Source of the DNA: an uncultured Clostridia bacterium
GTDB taxonomy: Bacteria; Bacillota; Clostridia; Monoglobales; Monoglobaceae
Assembly (NCBI GenBank): GCA_934463175.1
Contig: CAKSIW010000002.1
Coordinates: forward strand, 11,127 to 75,126
Length of the DNA: 64,000 nt
Direction of reading: 5' to 3'
Positions 8,263 through 17,376 of this stretch are shown piece by piece. The notes below the pieces were generated by a model. It made no database searches. It was not told the origin of the DNA and worked only from the letters and a program-made list of their open reading frames with translations. The position numbers were made by a program, and so were the translations under genes. Position 1 is the stretch's first letter; each line of letters opens with the position of its first letter.

Positions 8263-9112
8263 CGCATATCCTCCTGTAAATCTCCGAAAGCTGCACCGCG
8301 TCACGCGTCTGAGAACCGCGCGACTCGCATATTATCGTCGGCGAAAGTCCGCGCGCGGCAGCAATCCGCGCAATCGGGTCAAACTCAGGTTCAAACTCCG
8401 TTTCATCAAAGCGGTGGTGTTTTTTCTCACCGCACGCTGTGTATTCGATTCTGCTGTAGTGTGCATGAAACCGCTCTCCGCGTGCGCGTCCGAGCTTTGA
8501 GGCAATCAGGTCAAATATTTTTGCATAGTCCTCATCGTGCTTCAGGCAGCCGCCCCCACGTGCGTTAACGTGTCCGAAATCTATGGTCGGAATCAGTCTT
8601 TCACTGATTGAACACAGCTCAACAACCTCTTCAACCGTCCCGAGCTGGTTCACCTTGCCCATTGTTTCGGGGCAAATTGCAATACCGCCAAAGCCTGCCA
8701 CCTCCGCCGCTCTCAATGCTCTGCCGAGGGTGTCCTTTGCAAGTGCCAGTGCCTCACGGCGCGTCATACTTCCGCATGACCCCGAGTGAACGACAATTCT
8801 TTCCGCGTCCATGCATTTTGCCGCATTCAGCGTTTGCAAAATATAGTCAATGCTTCTGTCACGCTTTTCCGCGTCCTCCGACGAAAGGCTGATGTAATAC
8901 GGCGCATGAACCGAAAGCCGCACTCCGCACCGCTTCGCATTTTCACCAAGCTTTTCTGCCGCCTCGTCCGAAATTTTAACGCCCTTTCCGCACTGATATT
9001 CATATGCGCCGAGTCCGTGCTTCATCACCCATTCGGGAGCCTCGAGCGACGATTTGCCTCCCGATGCATAAAAATCCTCACAGTTTCCTGCCGGTCCGAA
9101 CAATGCTGCCAT
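8243..9112 (-). CDS. TIM-barrel endonuclease IV-like / xylose-isomerase-like fold protein
   Basis: AP-endonuclease-2 fold pattern (VHAPYYISL, VVHSGS, TIDFGH). 289 aa. Confidence 0.65.
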   Translation of the reverse strand: MAALFGPAGNCEDFYASGGKSSLEAPEWVMKHGLGAYEYQCGKGVKISDEAAEKLGENAKRCGVRLSVHAPYYISLSSEDAEKRDRSIDYILQTLNAAKCMDAERIVVHSGSCGSMTRREALALAKDTLGRALRAAEVAGFGGIAICPETMGKVNQLGTVEEVVELCSISERLIPTIDFGHVNARGGGCLKHDEDYAKIFDLIASKLGRARGERFHAHYSRIEYTACGEKKHHRFDETEFEPEFDPIARIAAARGLSPTIICESRGSQTRDAVQLSEIYRRICDDFKTE

Positions 9113-9118
9113 AGCTCT

Positions 9119-9622
9119 CTACCTCCGATCGCGGTATTCCGTCTTTCCGAGAATTTTTCTTTCAAACCTGCGCTTGAACTTCACAAAGCCGTCCTCCTTC
9201 TCGGAAATCGGAGTGACAAGCACCGTGAACATTCCGAGGGCATTTCCGCCCCATATGTCTGTGAACAGCTGATCGCCGACAAGTGCAGCTTGCTTTGGCA
9301 AAACACCCATTTTGCGGCACGCACGCCTGAGCTGAAAGCCGATCGGCTTTGCGGCTCGGCTTATCCACCGCACTCCTGCCGCCGCCGCAAACGACTCAAC
9401 ACGCTTTCTGCTGTTGTTTGAAACAAAATAAATGCCGAAGCCCCGTGCTTTCAAGCCGTCAAGCCAGCCCTTGATTTCCGTGTCGGGAACCGACTGCGCA
9501 TATGTTGCAAGCGTGTTGTCAATGTCGAATATAAAGGCGCGGACGCCTGCGTTCCAAAGCCTGTCCGCGTCAATTTCAAAAACAGTGTCAAGCTGAAGGC
9601 TCGGCAAAAAAAGCTTTCTCAT
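9119..9622 (-). CDS. yqeG: YqeG-family HAD-IIIA phosphatase
   Basis: HAD motifs FDIDNTL and VGDQLFTDI. ATG 9622 follows GGAGGA. Confidence 0.85.
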   Translation of the reverse strand: MRKLFLPSLQLDTVFEIDADRLWNAGVRAFIFDIDNTLATYAQSVPDTEIKGWLDGLKARGFGIYFVSNNSRKRVESFAAAAGVRWISRAAKPIGFQLRRACRKMGVLPKQAALVGDQLFTDIWGGNALGMFTVLVTPISEKEDGFVKFKRRFERKILGKTEYRDRR

Positions 9623-9642
9623 GTTTCGTCCTCCGCGACCAA

Positions 9643-10086
9643 TCACGAAAGCTTTGCCTTCACAATTGCATTTATCTCCTTGCCGTCCGCTCTGCCGCGC
9701 ACCGCAGGCATAACATATGCCATGATTTTTCCCATATCCTTCATTGAAGCCACGCCCGTCTTTTCAATTGCGTCTGTCACAATTGCTTCAAGCTCTTCAT
9801 GGCTCAGCTGTTCGGGAAGATATGCAAGCAGAATTTCAATTTCACGGTTTATGTCCGCAATCAGATCCTCTCTGCCGCTCTTTTCATATTCGGGCAGAAC
9901 ATCGCGGCGGCGTTTCAGCTCCTTTGCGATGACATCCAGAATACCCTCATCGCCAAGCTCGGTTTTGTTATCCTTTTCAAATTGCAGAACCGCACTGCGA
10001 ACCATCTGAACCGTGTTTTTGCGGATTATGTCCTTTTCCTTCATTGCCGATTTTAAATCTTCCATAAGCTTTTCCTTGAGTGCCAT
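9643..10086 (-). CDS. yqeY: GatB/YqeY domain-containing protein
   Basis: MALKEKLMEDLKSAMKEKD... is a typical YqeY N-terminus. Located immediately downstream of rpsU, as in other Firmicutes. Confidence 0.85.
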   Translation of the reverse strand: MALKEKLMEDLKSAMKEKDIIRKNTVQMVRSAVLQFEKDNKTELGDEGILDVIAKELKRRRDVLPEYEKSGREDLIADINREIEILLAYLPEQLSHEELEAIVTDAIEKTGVASMKDMGKIMAYVMPAVRGRADGKEINAIVKAKLS

Positions 10087-10110
10087 AGCTAAATTACCTC
10101 CCATTATAAA

Positions 10111-10140
10111 TTTAAAAGCCGCCCTTAAAACTCGGGCGGC
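10111..10140 (-). terminator. intrinsic terminator/attenuator between rpsU and yqeY
   Basis: Minus strand GCCGCCC-gaguuuuaa-GGGCGGC followed by UUUUAAAUUU. Confidence 0.6.
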
Positions 10141-10158
10141 CTTACATACATGAAAAAA

Positions 10159-10335
10159 TTATCTGAACTTACGCTTTCTCGCAGCCTCTGATTTTTTCTT
10201 GCGCTTTACACTGGGTTTTTCATAATGCTCTCTTTTTCTGACCTCTGATAAAACACCCGCTTTTACGCATGAACGCTTAAAACGGCGAAGCGCGCTGTCC
10301 AATGATTCGTTATCCTTAACTCTGATTTCAGCCAT
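10159..10335 (-). CDS. rpsU: 30S ribosomal protein S21
   Basis: [45 protein letters not shown] 10335 follows GGAGGGAGGG; the upstream part of the ORF is non-coding. Confidence 0.95.
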   Translation of the reverse strand: MAEIRVKDNESLDSALRRFKRSCVKAGVLSEVRKREHYEKPSVKRKKKSEAARKRKFR

Positions 10336-10415
10336 TACTGGTTTCCCTCCCTCCAAAATAAATTGGAAATGTGGATTGTCTTTTGTCAAACAAGCTATAA
10401 AAATTCTACCTGTAT

Positions 10416-10444
10416 ATTATAACGGCTTTTCATCATTATGTCAA
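10416..10444 (-). promoter_or_regulatory. consensus sigma-A promoter of rpsU
   Basis: Minus strand TTGACA-taatgatGAAAAGCCGT(17)-TATAAT, preceded by an A/T-rich UP-like tract. Confidence 0.65.
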
Positions 10445-10485
10445 GTATAATCAAAAAAATTTTTCTTTTTGTCGGAATTTTTATT

Positions 10486-11115
10486 TTATTTTTTCCCGAA
10501 ACCGCCCTGCAAAGCACCAATTGCCCATTCGCGGTTAATCTCGCAAGAATTTCCGCCGCAAATCCCCGCAAGCTGCCCCTTGACAGCCTCATATGCGTCC
10601 GCCGAAAGGCTTGCGCGGCAGTTCATGTCGTTCCCCGTGATGATGTAAAAATTCACGCTGCCGTCCTCCGCATTTTTTCCGCTGTAGTATATCCCGAGAA
10701 TTTCCGCATTCGGGTGTTCCTCCGCATACTGATCCTCCAGCATGATTTTATATAGCTCGGTCACGCGGTCGTCCACGCCGTCCTCAAGCTGTGCCGCCTT
10801 TTCCGCAAGCTCGTTAATCGTCCGCACAACGCGCAGTGTGCAGCCCTCAACCTCCGGCGAATACTCCGCCGGCACTGCGTCCTTGTCCGTCACAAGCGCA
10901 ATCACAGCCGACTTTTCGCTGTCAATCAGACGGCAGTCATACGCCGTGAGGATTTCCTCGCCGCAGTTCGGGCAGTGAAACCGAAACAGCTCCCTGCTGA
11001 ACAATGCCTCCTTCAGCTCGGGGTTTTCGCACACATCAATCACCGTGCATATTTCAAACGGCGCCTCCTCAACACAGGCAGGACAGGTCACCGTCTTAAT
11101 CTCCTTGCGTGTCAT
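10486..11115 (-). CDS. CpXC domain-containing protein
   Basis: Paired CPAC...CPNC motifs at the N-terminus. 209 aa. Confidence 0.7.
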   Translation of the reverse strand: MTRKEIKTVTCPACVEEAPFEICTVIDVCENPELKEALFSRELFRFHCPNCGEEILTAYDCRLIDSEKSAVIALVTDKDAVPAEYSPEVEGCTLRVVRTINELAEKAAQLEDGVDDRVTELYKIMLEDQYAEEHPNAEILGIYYSGKNAEDGSVNFYIITGNDMNCRASLSADAYEAVKGQLAGICGGNSCEINREWAIGALQGGFGKK

Positions 11116-11130
11116 TTTTCCGCACTCCCT

Positions 11131-12057
11131 TCACTTTGTTATTGTCTTAATGTCATACGGCGTTGTCTGATATACAAAATAGTTCAGCCAGTTTGAATAC
11201 AAAAGATTCGCGTGGGCACGCCAGCTCATCTGCGGTGCGCGTTCGGGGTCGTCGTTCGGAAAATAGTTTTTCGGAACTTCAATATCAAGTCCGCGGCTCA
11301 CATCACGCAGATACTCCTTTTTCAGCGTATCCGCGTCATATTCCGAATGTCCCGTGATGAAAAAACGCCGTTCGTTTTTGTCGGTTATGATATAAACCCC
11401 CGCTTCATCGGATTTTGCCAGTATTTCAAGCGCAGGCACCTTTGCGATGTCCTCCTCTGAAATGCCCGTATGCCGCGAATGGGGAACCATGAAGGTGTCA
11501 TCAAAGCCGCGGAGCAGAATTTTGTGCCGCTTTTCAGGTATGACATGGTGTTCAAACACCCCGAAAACCTTTTTCGGCATTGTCCGTTTCGGGATTCCGT
11601 AATGATAATAAAGTGCCGCCTGTGCGCCCCAGCATATATGGAAGGTTGAGGTCACATTTTCCTTTGACCATTCCATAATTTCGCAAAGCTCTTTCCAATA
11701 GTCAACGTCCTCAAACCTAAGAGTTTCAACAGGTGCACCCGTCACAATCATTCCGTCAAACTTGCAGTCTCTGATGTCGTCAAATGTGCTGTAGAAGGTT
11801 TCAATGTGGCTTTTTGACGTGTTTTTCGAGACATGCGATTTCATATGCACAAATCTGATGTTAATCTGAAGCGGCGTGTTTCCAAGCACGCGCAGCAGCT
11901 GCGCCTCCGTCTCAAGCTTTGTCGGCATGAGATTCAGAACGGCAATCTCCAGCGGTCTGATGTCCTGCGTCATGGCGCGCGTTTCGGTTATGACAAATAT
12001 GTTTTCATTGTTCAGAACTTCAATCGCCGGCAGAGAATCCGAAACTTTAATCGGCAT
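11131..12057 (-). CDS. metA: homoserine O-acyltransferase MetA
   Basis: MPIKV...[21 protein letters not shown], and catalytic Cys context HICWGAQA. Confidence 0.9.
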   Translation of the reverse strand: MPIKVSDSLPAIEVLNNENIFVITETRAMTQDIRPLEIAVLNLMPTKLETEAQLLRVLGNTPLQINIRFVHMKSHVSKNTSKSHIETFYSTFDDIRDCKFDGMIVTGAPVETLRFEDVDYWKELCEIMEWSKENVTSTFHICWGAQAALYYHYGIPKRTMPKKVFGVFEHHVIPEKRHKILLRGFDDTFMVPHSRHTGISEEDIAKVPALEILAKSDEAGVYIITDKNERRFFITGHSEYDADTLKKEYLRDVSRGLDIEVPKNYFPNDDPERAPQMSWRAHANLLYSNWLNYFVYQTTPYDIKTITK

Positions 12058-12159
12058 AATACAACACTCCCATGGTTAAACTATCACAATGGATTGTATT
12101 TGAGTATACCACAAATTGCGGAATATATCAACAATAATTTTAAGGAGGCAAAAAAATTT

Positions 12160-12837
12160 ATGGAAAATGATAAAAAAACAGGCAGTGAGTCCGAGGAGAA
12201 CCGTCAGATTAAAAACATGGGCAGTGTCCGCACCGATAATTCAAAGGGCAGCATATATTGCCTGAGCATTGTCGGGCAGATTGAGGGGCATATGAACCTC
12301 CCGTCCGACACAAAAACAACAAAATATGAGCATGTCATTCCGACTCTTGTCGAAATTGAGCAGGACGACAGCATTGACGGGCTTTTGCTTATGCTCAACA
12401 CTGTCGGCGGCGATGTTGAAGCAGGGCTTGCCATTGCCGAAATGGTTGCAAGCATGAAAAAGCCGAGTGCCTCAATTGTCCTCGGCGGCGGTCACAGCAT
12501 CGGTGTTCCTCTTGCAGTCTGCACAAGACGCTCCTTCATTGTTCCGTCCGCAACAATGACCATTCACCCAATCAGAATGAGCGGCACGGTTATCGGTGCT
12601 CCGCAGATGTTCAATTATCTCACAAAGGTTCAGGAACGGGTCATCAGCTTTGTTGCGGCGCACTCCTCAATTGATTCCGACCGTCTGAGACGGATTATGC
12701 TTGAAACCGATGAAATCGCGAACGATGTCGGAACAATTCTTTTCGGTGAGGAGGCGGTGAAATGCGGTCTGATTGACAGTATGGGCGGGCTTTCGGACGC
12801 AATTGACGCACTGCATTCCATGCGCAAGAAAGAATAA
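12160..12837 (+). CDS. tepA: TepA-like ClpP-fold serine protease family protein
   Basis: LNTVGGDVEAGLAIAEMVAS...GGGHSIGVPLAV. ATG 12160 follows AAGGAGG; the ORF's 5' extension runs antisense into metA. Confidence 0.8.
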   Translation: MENDKKTGSESEENRQIKNMGSVRTDNSKGSIYCLSIVGQIEGHMNLPSDTKTTKYEHVIPTLVEIEQDDSIDGLLLMLNTVGGDVEAGLAIAEMVASMKKPSASIVLGGGHSIGVPLAVCTRRSFIVPSATMTIHPIRMSGTVIGAPQMFNYLTKVQERVISFVAAHSSIDSDRLRRIMLETDEIANDVGTILFGEEAVKCGLIDSMGGLSDAIDALHSMRKKE

Positions 12838-12870
12838 GGTGCGGATAAAATCCGCACCTTATTCTTTCTT
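12826..12870. terminator. bidirectional terminator shared by tepA and the convergent repeat-protein gene
   Basis: Extended palindrome aagaaagaataaggtgcgga-taaaa-tccgcaccttattctttctt. A U-rich tail is available in both orientations. Confidence 0.75.
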
Positions 12871-12880
12871 AAATGTGTTC

Positions 12881-13111
12881 TTATTTTTTAAAAGGGTCAA
12901 ATCCTCCAAATATATTCGGTCGTGTCCCTCCGATCGGTTTGCCGTTTTTCAAAAAATCCTGTCCGCCAAAAACATTAGGCATTGAAGTACCTATATGCCG
13001 ACCATTTTTGAAATAATCATTTCCTCCAAAAACATTTGGTCGCGATGACCCAATTGATTGCCCATTCTTAAAGTAATCAAAACCACCGAAAATATTTTTT
13101 CTGCTAAACAT
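12881..13111 (-). CDS. 76-aa Gly/Asn/Phe-rich protein made of 3.5 tandem 20-aa repeats
   Basis: Repeat unit N[IV]FGGxD[YF][FL]KNGxxIGxSxP. RBS AAGGAG 10 nt before the ATG. Own promoter and terminator. Low-GC islet. Confidence 0.65.
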   Translation of the reverse strand: MFSRKNIFGGFDYFKNGQSIGSSRPNVFGGNDYFKNGRHIGTSMPNVFGGQDFLKNGKPIGGTRPNIFGGFDPFKK

Positions 13112-13303
13112 AAATACACACTCCTTTAATTAAAATATCTGCTTATATTGCTCAATACACCATTAACTGACCATTTATCACCTTCCTTTACCAATACCAA
13201 TTCCACATTTATTCCCATTATTTTCTTTATCCTCCGCAAGCTAAGGATCATAAGAGAAACAGAAATTATATAACCGCAAAAGAGGTATTTGTTCCGTATT
13301 TCT

Positions 13304-13333
13304 ATTATAGCAGAGATATTATCTCTTTGTCAA
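13304..13333 (-). promoter_or_regulatory. promoter of the repeat-protein gene with a palindromic operator in the spacer
   Basis: Minus strand TTGACA-18 nt-TATAAT. The spacer holds the perfect 15-bp palindrome AGAGATAATATCTCT (13312-13326). Divergent from the XRE gene. Confidence 0.55.
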
Positions 13334-13412
13334 TAGTTTTGTGAAATTTTATCTCCATTTTTTATGTTTACAGTGATTTTATTGTATACTTATTATAAAG
13401 AGGTGTTTTAAC

Positions 13413-13727
13413 ATGACTTTTGGTGAAAGACTACGGGAATTGCGTCAGGATAACGACGAAACCCAAGCAGAAATAGGAAAACTACTGAACATTGGAGCAA
13501 GAATGATAAGTCACTATGAAAAAGACGAGCATTTTCCCCGCGATTACAAATCAATTATCTTACTGGCTGAGCATTTTAATGTTTCCATCGACTACCTTTT
13601 TGGTGTAAGCAACATAAAAAATTTTAATAACTTAAAAAGTCTTATATCCGATTACGGCAACTTGAATGAGACATCAAAAGCGGAGCTTCATGATTTTATG
13701 AAGTTTTTACTCGCAAAAAAATTATAG
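13413..13727 (+). CDS. XRE-family helix-turn-helix transcriptional regulator
   Basis: FGERLRELRQDNDETQAEIGKLLNIGARMISHYEKD...IDYLFG. RBS GAGG. Confidence 0.85.
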   Translation: MTFGERLRELRQDNDETQAEIGKLLNIGARMISHYEKDEHFPRDYKSIILLAEHFNVSIDYLFGVSNIKNFNNLKSLISDYGNLNETSKAELHDFMKFLLAKKL

Positions 13728-13946
13728 AAGTAAATTGACAAAAACCTTTATGAAACTTTAATTTGTCAGTCCTGTTATGAATAACAAATTAAAATATTTG
13801 CAATACTGAACATAATATATGTCATTATGTTTTTTAATGTTGCCGGAATTATCAAATACATACTGTCATAAATCAATTATTTTGTTCTAACCCTTCTTTA
13901 CGCACTTTGATAATGTTACAATTTCTTTAAAAAACATGATTTACTC

Positions 13947-13975
13947 TTGTGTTTGGCTTTAAAATATGTTAAGAT
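13947..13975 (+). promoter_or_regulatory. candidate promoter of ftsH
   Basis: TTGTGT-17 nt-TAAGAT with a TGn extended -10 (atatgTtaagat). Confidence 0.4.
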
Positions 13976-14036
13976 AGTATTTGATAGGCAAAAATATCCT
14001 TTATATATTGATAATTTGAATTTCGGAGGCGATAGC

Positions 14037-15935
14037 TTGAAAAGATACTGGCGCGGACTTGGGTTTTATGTGATTTTGTTTTTGGTCATTCTGATGATTT
14101 TCGTCATGACATCAATGCCCGAAACAACAACACAATATGTTTATTCTGACCTTGTGTCCATGATAAAAAGCGAAAAGGTCAGCGAGCTTAAAATCGTTGA
14201 CACAGCCGCATATGTGACACTGAAGGACAAAAGCAAAATTGAAGTGGCAATTCCCGGATATTACGCTCTCTATGAAAGTGCGGGGCAGGAAATCGAACGG
14301 CAGACCGCCGCAGGAACTCTCAAAGTTGACACTCCCGAGCCGAAAACTCCGCCCTGGTGGCTGAGCATTCTTCCTTCGCTGGGTCTCATTGTAATTATGG
14401 TTGTCTTCTGGATATTCTTTCTCCGTCAGTCACAGGGCGGCGGCAGAGGCGGTGCAATGTCATTCGGCAAAAGCCGCGCAAGGGTGATTACCGACGACAA
14501 GAATGCAAAAACCTTTGATGATGTGGCAGGTGAGGACGAAGAAAAGGAAGAGCTTCAGGAAATTGTTCAGTTCCTCAAAGCTCCGCAGAAATTCCGCGAG
14601 CTTGGCGCAAGGATTCCTAAGGGTGTTCTGCTTGTCGGTCCTCCGGGAACCGGTAAAACACTTCTTGCAAAAGCCGTTGCAGGCGAGGCAGGAGTTCCGT
14701 TTTTCTCAATCTCGGGTTCTGACTTTGTTGAAATGTTTGTCGGCGTCGGAGCGTCACGTGTCCGTGATTTGTTTGAACACGCAAAGAAAGACGCGCCGTG
14801 TATCATATTCATTGACGAAATCGACGCGGTCGGTCGTCAGAGAGGTGCAGGACTCGGCGGCGGACATGACGAACGCGAACAGACTCTCAATCAGCTGCTT
14901 GTTGAAATGGACGGTTTCGGTGTGAACGAGGGCGTCATCGTCATTGCTGCAACAAACCGCCCCGATATTCTGGACAGTGCTCTTCTGCGTCCCGGTCGTT
15001 TTGACCGTCAGGTTCTGGTTGATGCCCCCGACGTTAAGGGAAGAGAAGCAATTCTGAAGGTTCACTCAAAGGGCAAGCCCCTTGCCGCCGATGTCCGTCT
15101 TGACGTTCTGGCAAGAACAACCGTAGGCTTCACGGGCGCAGACCTTGAAAACCTCATGAACGAGGCAGCTTTGCGCGCGGCAAAGAACGGCGCAAAGGAA
15201 ATCACAATGTTCGACCTTGAGGAGTCCATCATGAAGGTCGTGGCAGGTCCCGAAAAGAAAACACGCGTTGTCACCGAAAAGGAAAGAAGGCTGACAGCAT
15301 ATCACGAGGCAGGTCACGCTGTTGTGGCAAAAATGCTTCCGACTCAGGACAGGGTTCATCAGATTTCAATTATACCGCGCGGACGCGCAGGAGGCTACAC
15401 TCTGTCTCTCCCCAAGGAGGACGTTTCATACACCTCAAAGACCGAAATGCTGGAGGAAATCGTTTCCCTTCTCGGCGGACGTGTTGCAGAGCAGCTGTTT
15501 CTTGACGACATCAGCACGGGCGCGTCAAACGACATTGAACGCGCAACCGCAATTGCAAAGAACATGATTGTTAAATATGGCATGAGCGAATCTCTCGGCA
15601 CGCGCAGCTTCGGCAGTTCGAGCGATGAGGTGTTCATCGGACGCGACCTCGGACACACAAAGGACTACAGTGAGGCTGTTGCGGCAAAAATTGATGAGGA
15701 AATCAAAAACATAATCGACAGGTGCTATATGCGCTGTGCGGACATTCTCGAACAAAATTCCGACAAGCTCAAAAGAACCGCCGAGCTTCTTCTTGAAAAG
15801 GAAAAGCTTGACGCAGATGAGTTTGAGGCACTGTTCAAGGATACCGAATCAACAGGCGCAGAAAATGCGGTCGGCAGCGAAAACGCCGAAATCACAACAG
15901 CTTCGGATTCCGAATCCGAAAGCACGGGAAAATAG
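14037..15935 (+). CDS. ftsH: ATP-dependent zinc metalloprotease FtsH
   Basis: Two N-terminal TM helices, Walker A GPPGTGKT, Walker [18 protein letters not shown] zinc site. TTG 14037 lies 7 nt after GGAGG; the 13947 ORF start is inside the promoter. Confidence 0.95.
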   Translation: MKRYWRGLGFYVILFLVILMIFVMTSMPETTTQYVYSDLVSMIKSEKVSELKIVDTAAYVTLKDKSKIEVAIPGYYALYESAGQEIERQTAAGTLKVDTPEPKTPPWWLSILPSLGLIVIMVVFWIFFLRQSQGGGRGGAMSFGKSRARVITDDKNAKTFDDVAGEDEEKEELQEIVQFLKAPQKFRELGARIPKGVLLVGPPGTGKTLLAKAVAGEAGVPFFSISGSDFVEMFVGVGASRVRDLFEHAKKDAPCIIFIDEIDAVGRQRGAGLGGGHDEREQTLNQLLVEMDGFGVNEGVIVIAATNRPDILDSALLRPGRFDRQVLVDAPDVKGREAILKVHSKGKPLAADVRLDVLARTTVGFTGADLENLMNEAALRAAKNGAKEITMFDLEESIMKVVAGPEKKTRVVTEKERRLTAYHEAGHAVVAKMLPTQDRVHQISIIPRGRAGGYTLSLPKEDVSYTSKTEMLEEIVSLLGGRVAEQLFLDDISTGASNDIERATAIAKNMIVKYGMSESLGTRSFGSSSDEVFIGRDLGHTKDYSEAVAAKIDEEIKNIIDRCYMRCADILEQNSDKLKRTAELLLEKEKLDADEFEALFKDTESTGAENAVGSENAEITTASDSESESTGK

Positions 15936-15950
15936 AATTTTACAATCGGA

Positions 15951-15984
15951 GGCGGTCGGAGCTTTTACCGGCCGCCCGTCTTTT
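15951..15984 (+). terminator. possible terminator after ftsH
   Basis: GGCGGTCGG-agctttta-CCGGCCGCC followed 4 nt later by TTTT. Confidence 0.4.
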
Positions 15985-15999
15985 GAAAGGAGAAAACCA

Positions 16000-17376
16000 A
16001 TGAATGAACGTTCAAGACAGCTGGGTGAAGATCCGATAGTTAAGCTTTTGTGGCGTTTTTCCGCGCCCGCAATTGTCGGAATGATAGTTAACGCAATATA
16101 CAACGTTGTTGACAGAATCTTTGTCGGACAAGCAGTCGGAGACAAGGCGCTTGCCGCGCTTTCCTTTTCTTTTCCGTTTATGACCGCAATTATGGCGGCA
16201 GCAATGCTTGTCGGTCTCGGCGGAACCTCACTTGTGGCAATCAGTCTCGGCGAGGGCAACCATGAAAAGGCGGTTCGCATTCTCAACAATGTCTGCGTTT
16301 TTTCAATCGTGCTTGAAATCATTGTATCACTTTTGTGCTACATATATATGAAGCCTCTCCTGCGCATGTTCGGAACACCCGAGGGCGAAATTATGACCTA
16401 TGCCGAAAAATATATGGCAATCGTCCTTGCAGGCTCAATCTTTCAGGGCGTCGGATTTGCGCTGAACGCAATTATACGCTCGGAGGGCAACCCGAAAATT
16501 GCTATGATAACAATGCTTGCAGGCGCAATCACAAACATTGTTCTTGACTGGCTGCTCACCATGGTCATCAGAATGGGTGTTGAAGGTGCGGCAATTGCCA
16601 CTGTCATCGGTCAGCTTGTTTCGATGGTTTGGGTCGTTGCCTATTTTTCGGGCAGGAGAAGCACCATTCGTCTCAGCCTGAAGCACTACCGACCCGACTT
16701 TTCGCTGATTCTGCGCGTTATGATGCTTGGAATTTCCCCCGCGCTTGTTCAGCTTGTCATGGCAAGCGTGAACATTATATATAACAACCTTCTGATGAAA
16801 TACGGAGCAATGACTCTCGGTGCAGGTCAGGGTGACATTGCAGTTTCCGCCTTTGCGGTTTATAACAGTGCAATGACGCTTGCGGTCATGCCTATATTCG
16901 GCATAAACCAAGGTGTTCAGCCGATTGTCGGCTATAACTACGGTGCACAGAAATATGACCGTGTCCGTAAGACCATGCTTTGCGGAATCACAGCCGCAAC
17001 GGTGATTGTTGTCATCGCGTTTGCCTTCATTCAGCGTTTTCCCGAACAGATTGTCCGCATGTTCAACGACCGTGCGGAGCTGATCGCGCTCGGAAAGCAG
17101 GCACTCAGGACAAACACCGTTCTTCTGCCGCTGGTCGGTGCTCAAATCATTTGTTCAAACTATTTTCAGTATATCAACAAGCCCCGTGCGGCAATGGTTC
17201 TGAGCCTTTCAAGACAGTGTCTGTTTCTGATTCCGTCTCTACTCATTCTGTCACATCTCTTTCAGCTTGACGGCGTGTTTTTCGCACAGCCGACAGCCGA
17301 TTTGCTGTCATTCGCAGTCTCGGTGACGTGGGTATTCTGTTCAATGAAAAAACTCGGACGCGGTGATGAAAAATGA
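16000..17376 (+). CDS. MATE-family efflux transporter
   Basis: 458-aa 12-TM protein. N-terminus GEDPIVKLLWRFSAPAIVGMIVNAIYNVVDRIFVG is typical of MATE. ATG 16000 follows AAAGGAG; the ORF extension overlaps ftsH. Confidence 0.9.
   Translation: MNERSRQLGEDPIVKLLWRFSAPAIVGMIVNAIYNVVDRIFVGQAVGDKALAALSFSFPFMTAIMAAAMLVGLGGTSLVAISLGEGNHEKAVRILNNVCVFSIVLEIIVSLLCYIYMKPLLRMFGTPEGEIMTYAEKYMAIVLAGSIFQGVGFALNAIIRSEGNPKIAMITMLAGAITNIVLDWLLTMVIRMGVEGAAIATVIGQLVSMVWVVAYFSGRRSTIRLSLKHYRPDFSLILRVMMLGISPALVQLVMASVNIIYNNLLMKYGAMTLGAGQGDIAVSAFAVYNSAMTLAVMPIFGINQGVQPIVGYNYGAQKYDRVRKTMLCGITAATVIVVIAFAFIQRFPEQIVRMFNDRAELIALGKQALRTNTVLLPLVGAQIICSNYFQYINKPRAAMVLSLSRQCLFLIPSLLILSHLFQLDGVFFAQPTADLLSFAVSVTWVFCSMKKLGRGDEK

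Noticed and set aside
12881-13111. 60-nt periodicity that could be mistaken for a CRISPR or tandem DNA repeat
   Set aside because: The repeats are imperfect at the DNA level and there are no unique spacers. They sit in one open reading frame with an RBS and conserve amino-acid rather than nucleotide sequence, so they are coding repeats.
13126-13218. 30-aa ORF (MGINVELVLVKEGDKWSVNGVLSNISRYFN) in the leader of the repeat-protein gene
   Set aside because: GGAGGA lies 12 nt from the ATG, which is suboptimal, and I recognise no homology. It is mentioned in a finding but not annotated as a feature.
15736-15999. 5' extensions of tracked ORFs (MATE 15736, tepA 11833, ftsH 13947, maf 38776, mannosidase 56082, secreted protein 49174, rpsU 10389, efp 7120)
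   Set aside because: The extensions overlap neighbouring genes or promoters and lack an RBS. Internal starts have canonical Shine-Dalgarno spacing and reproduce family-typical N-termini.
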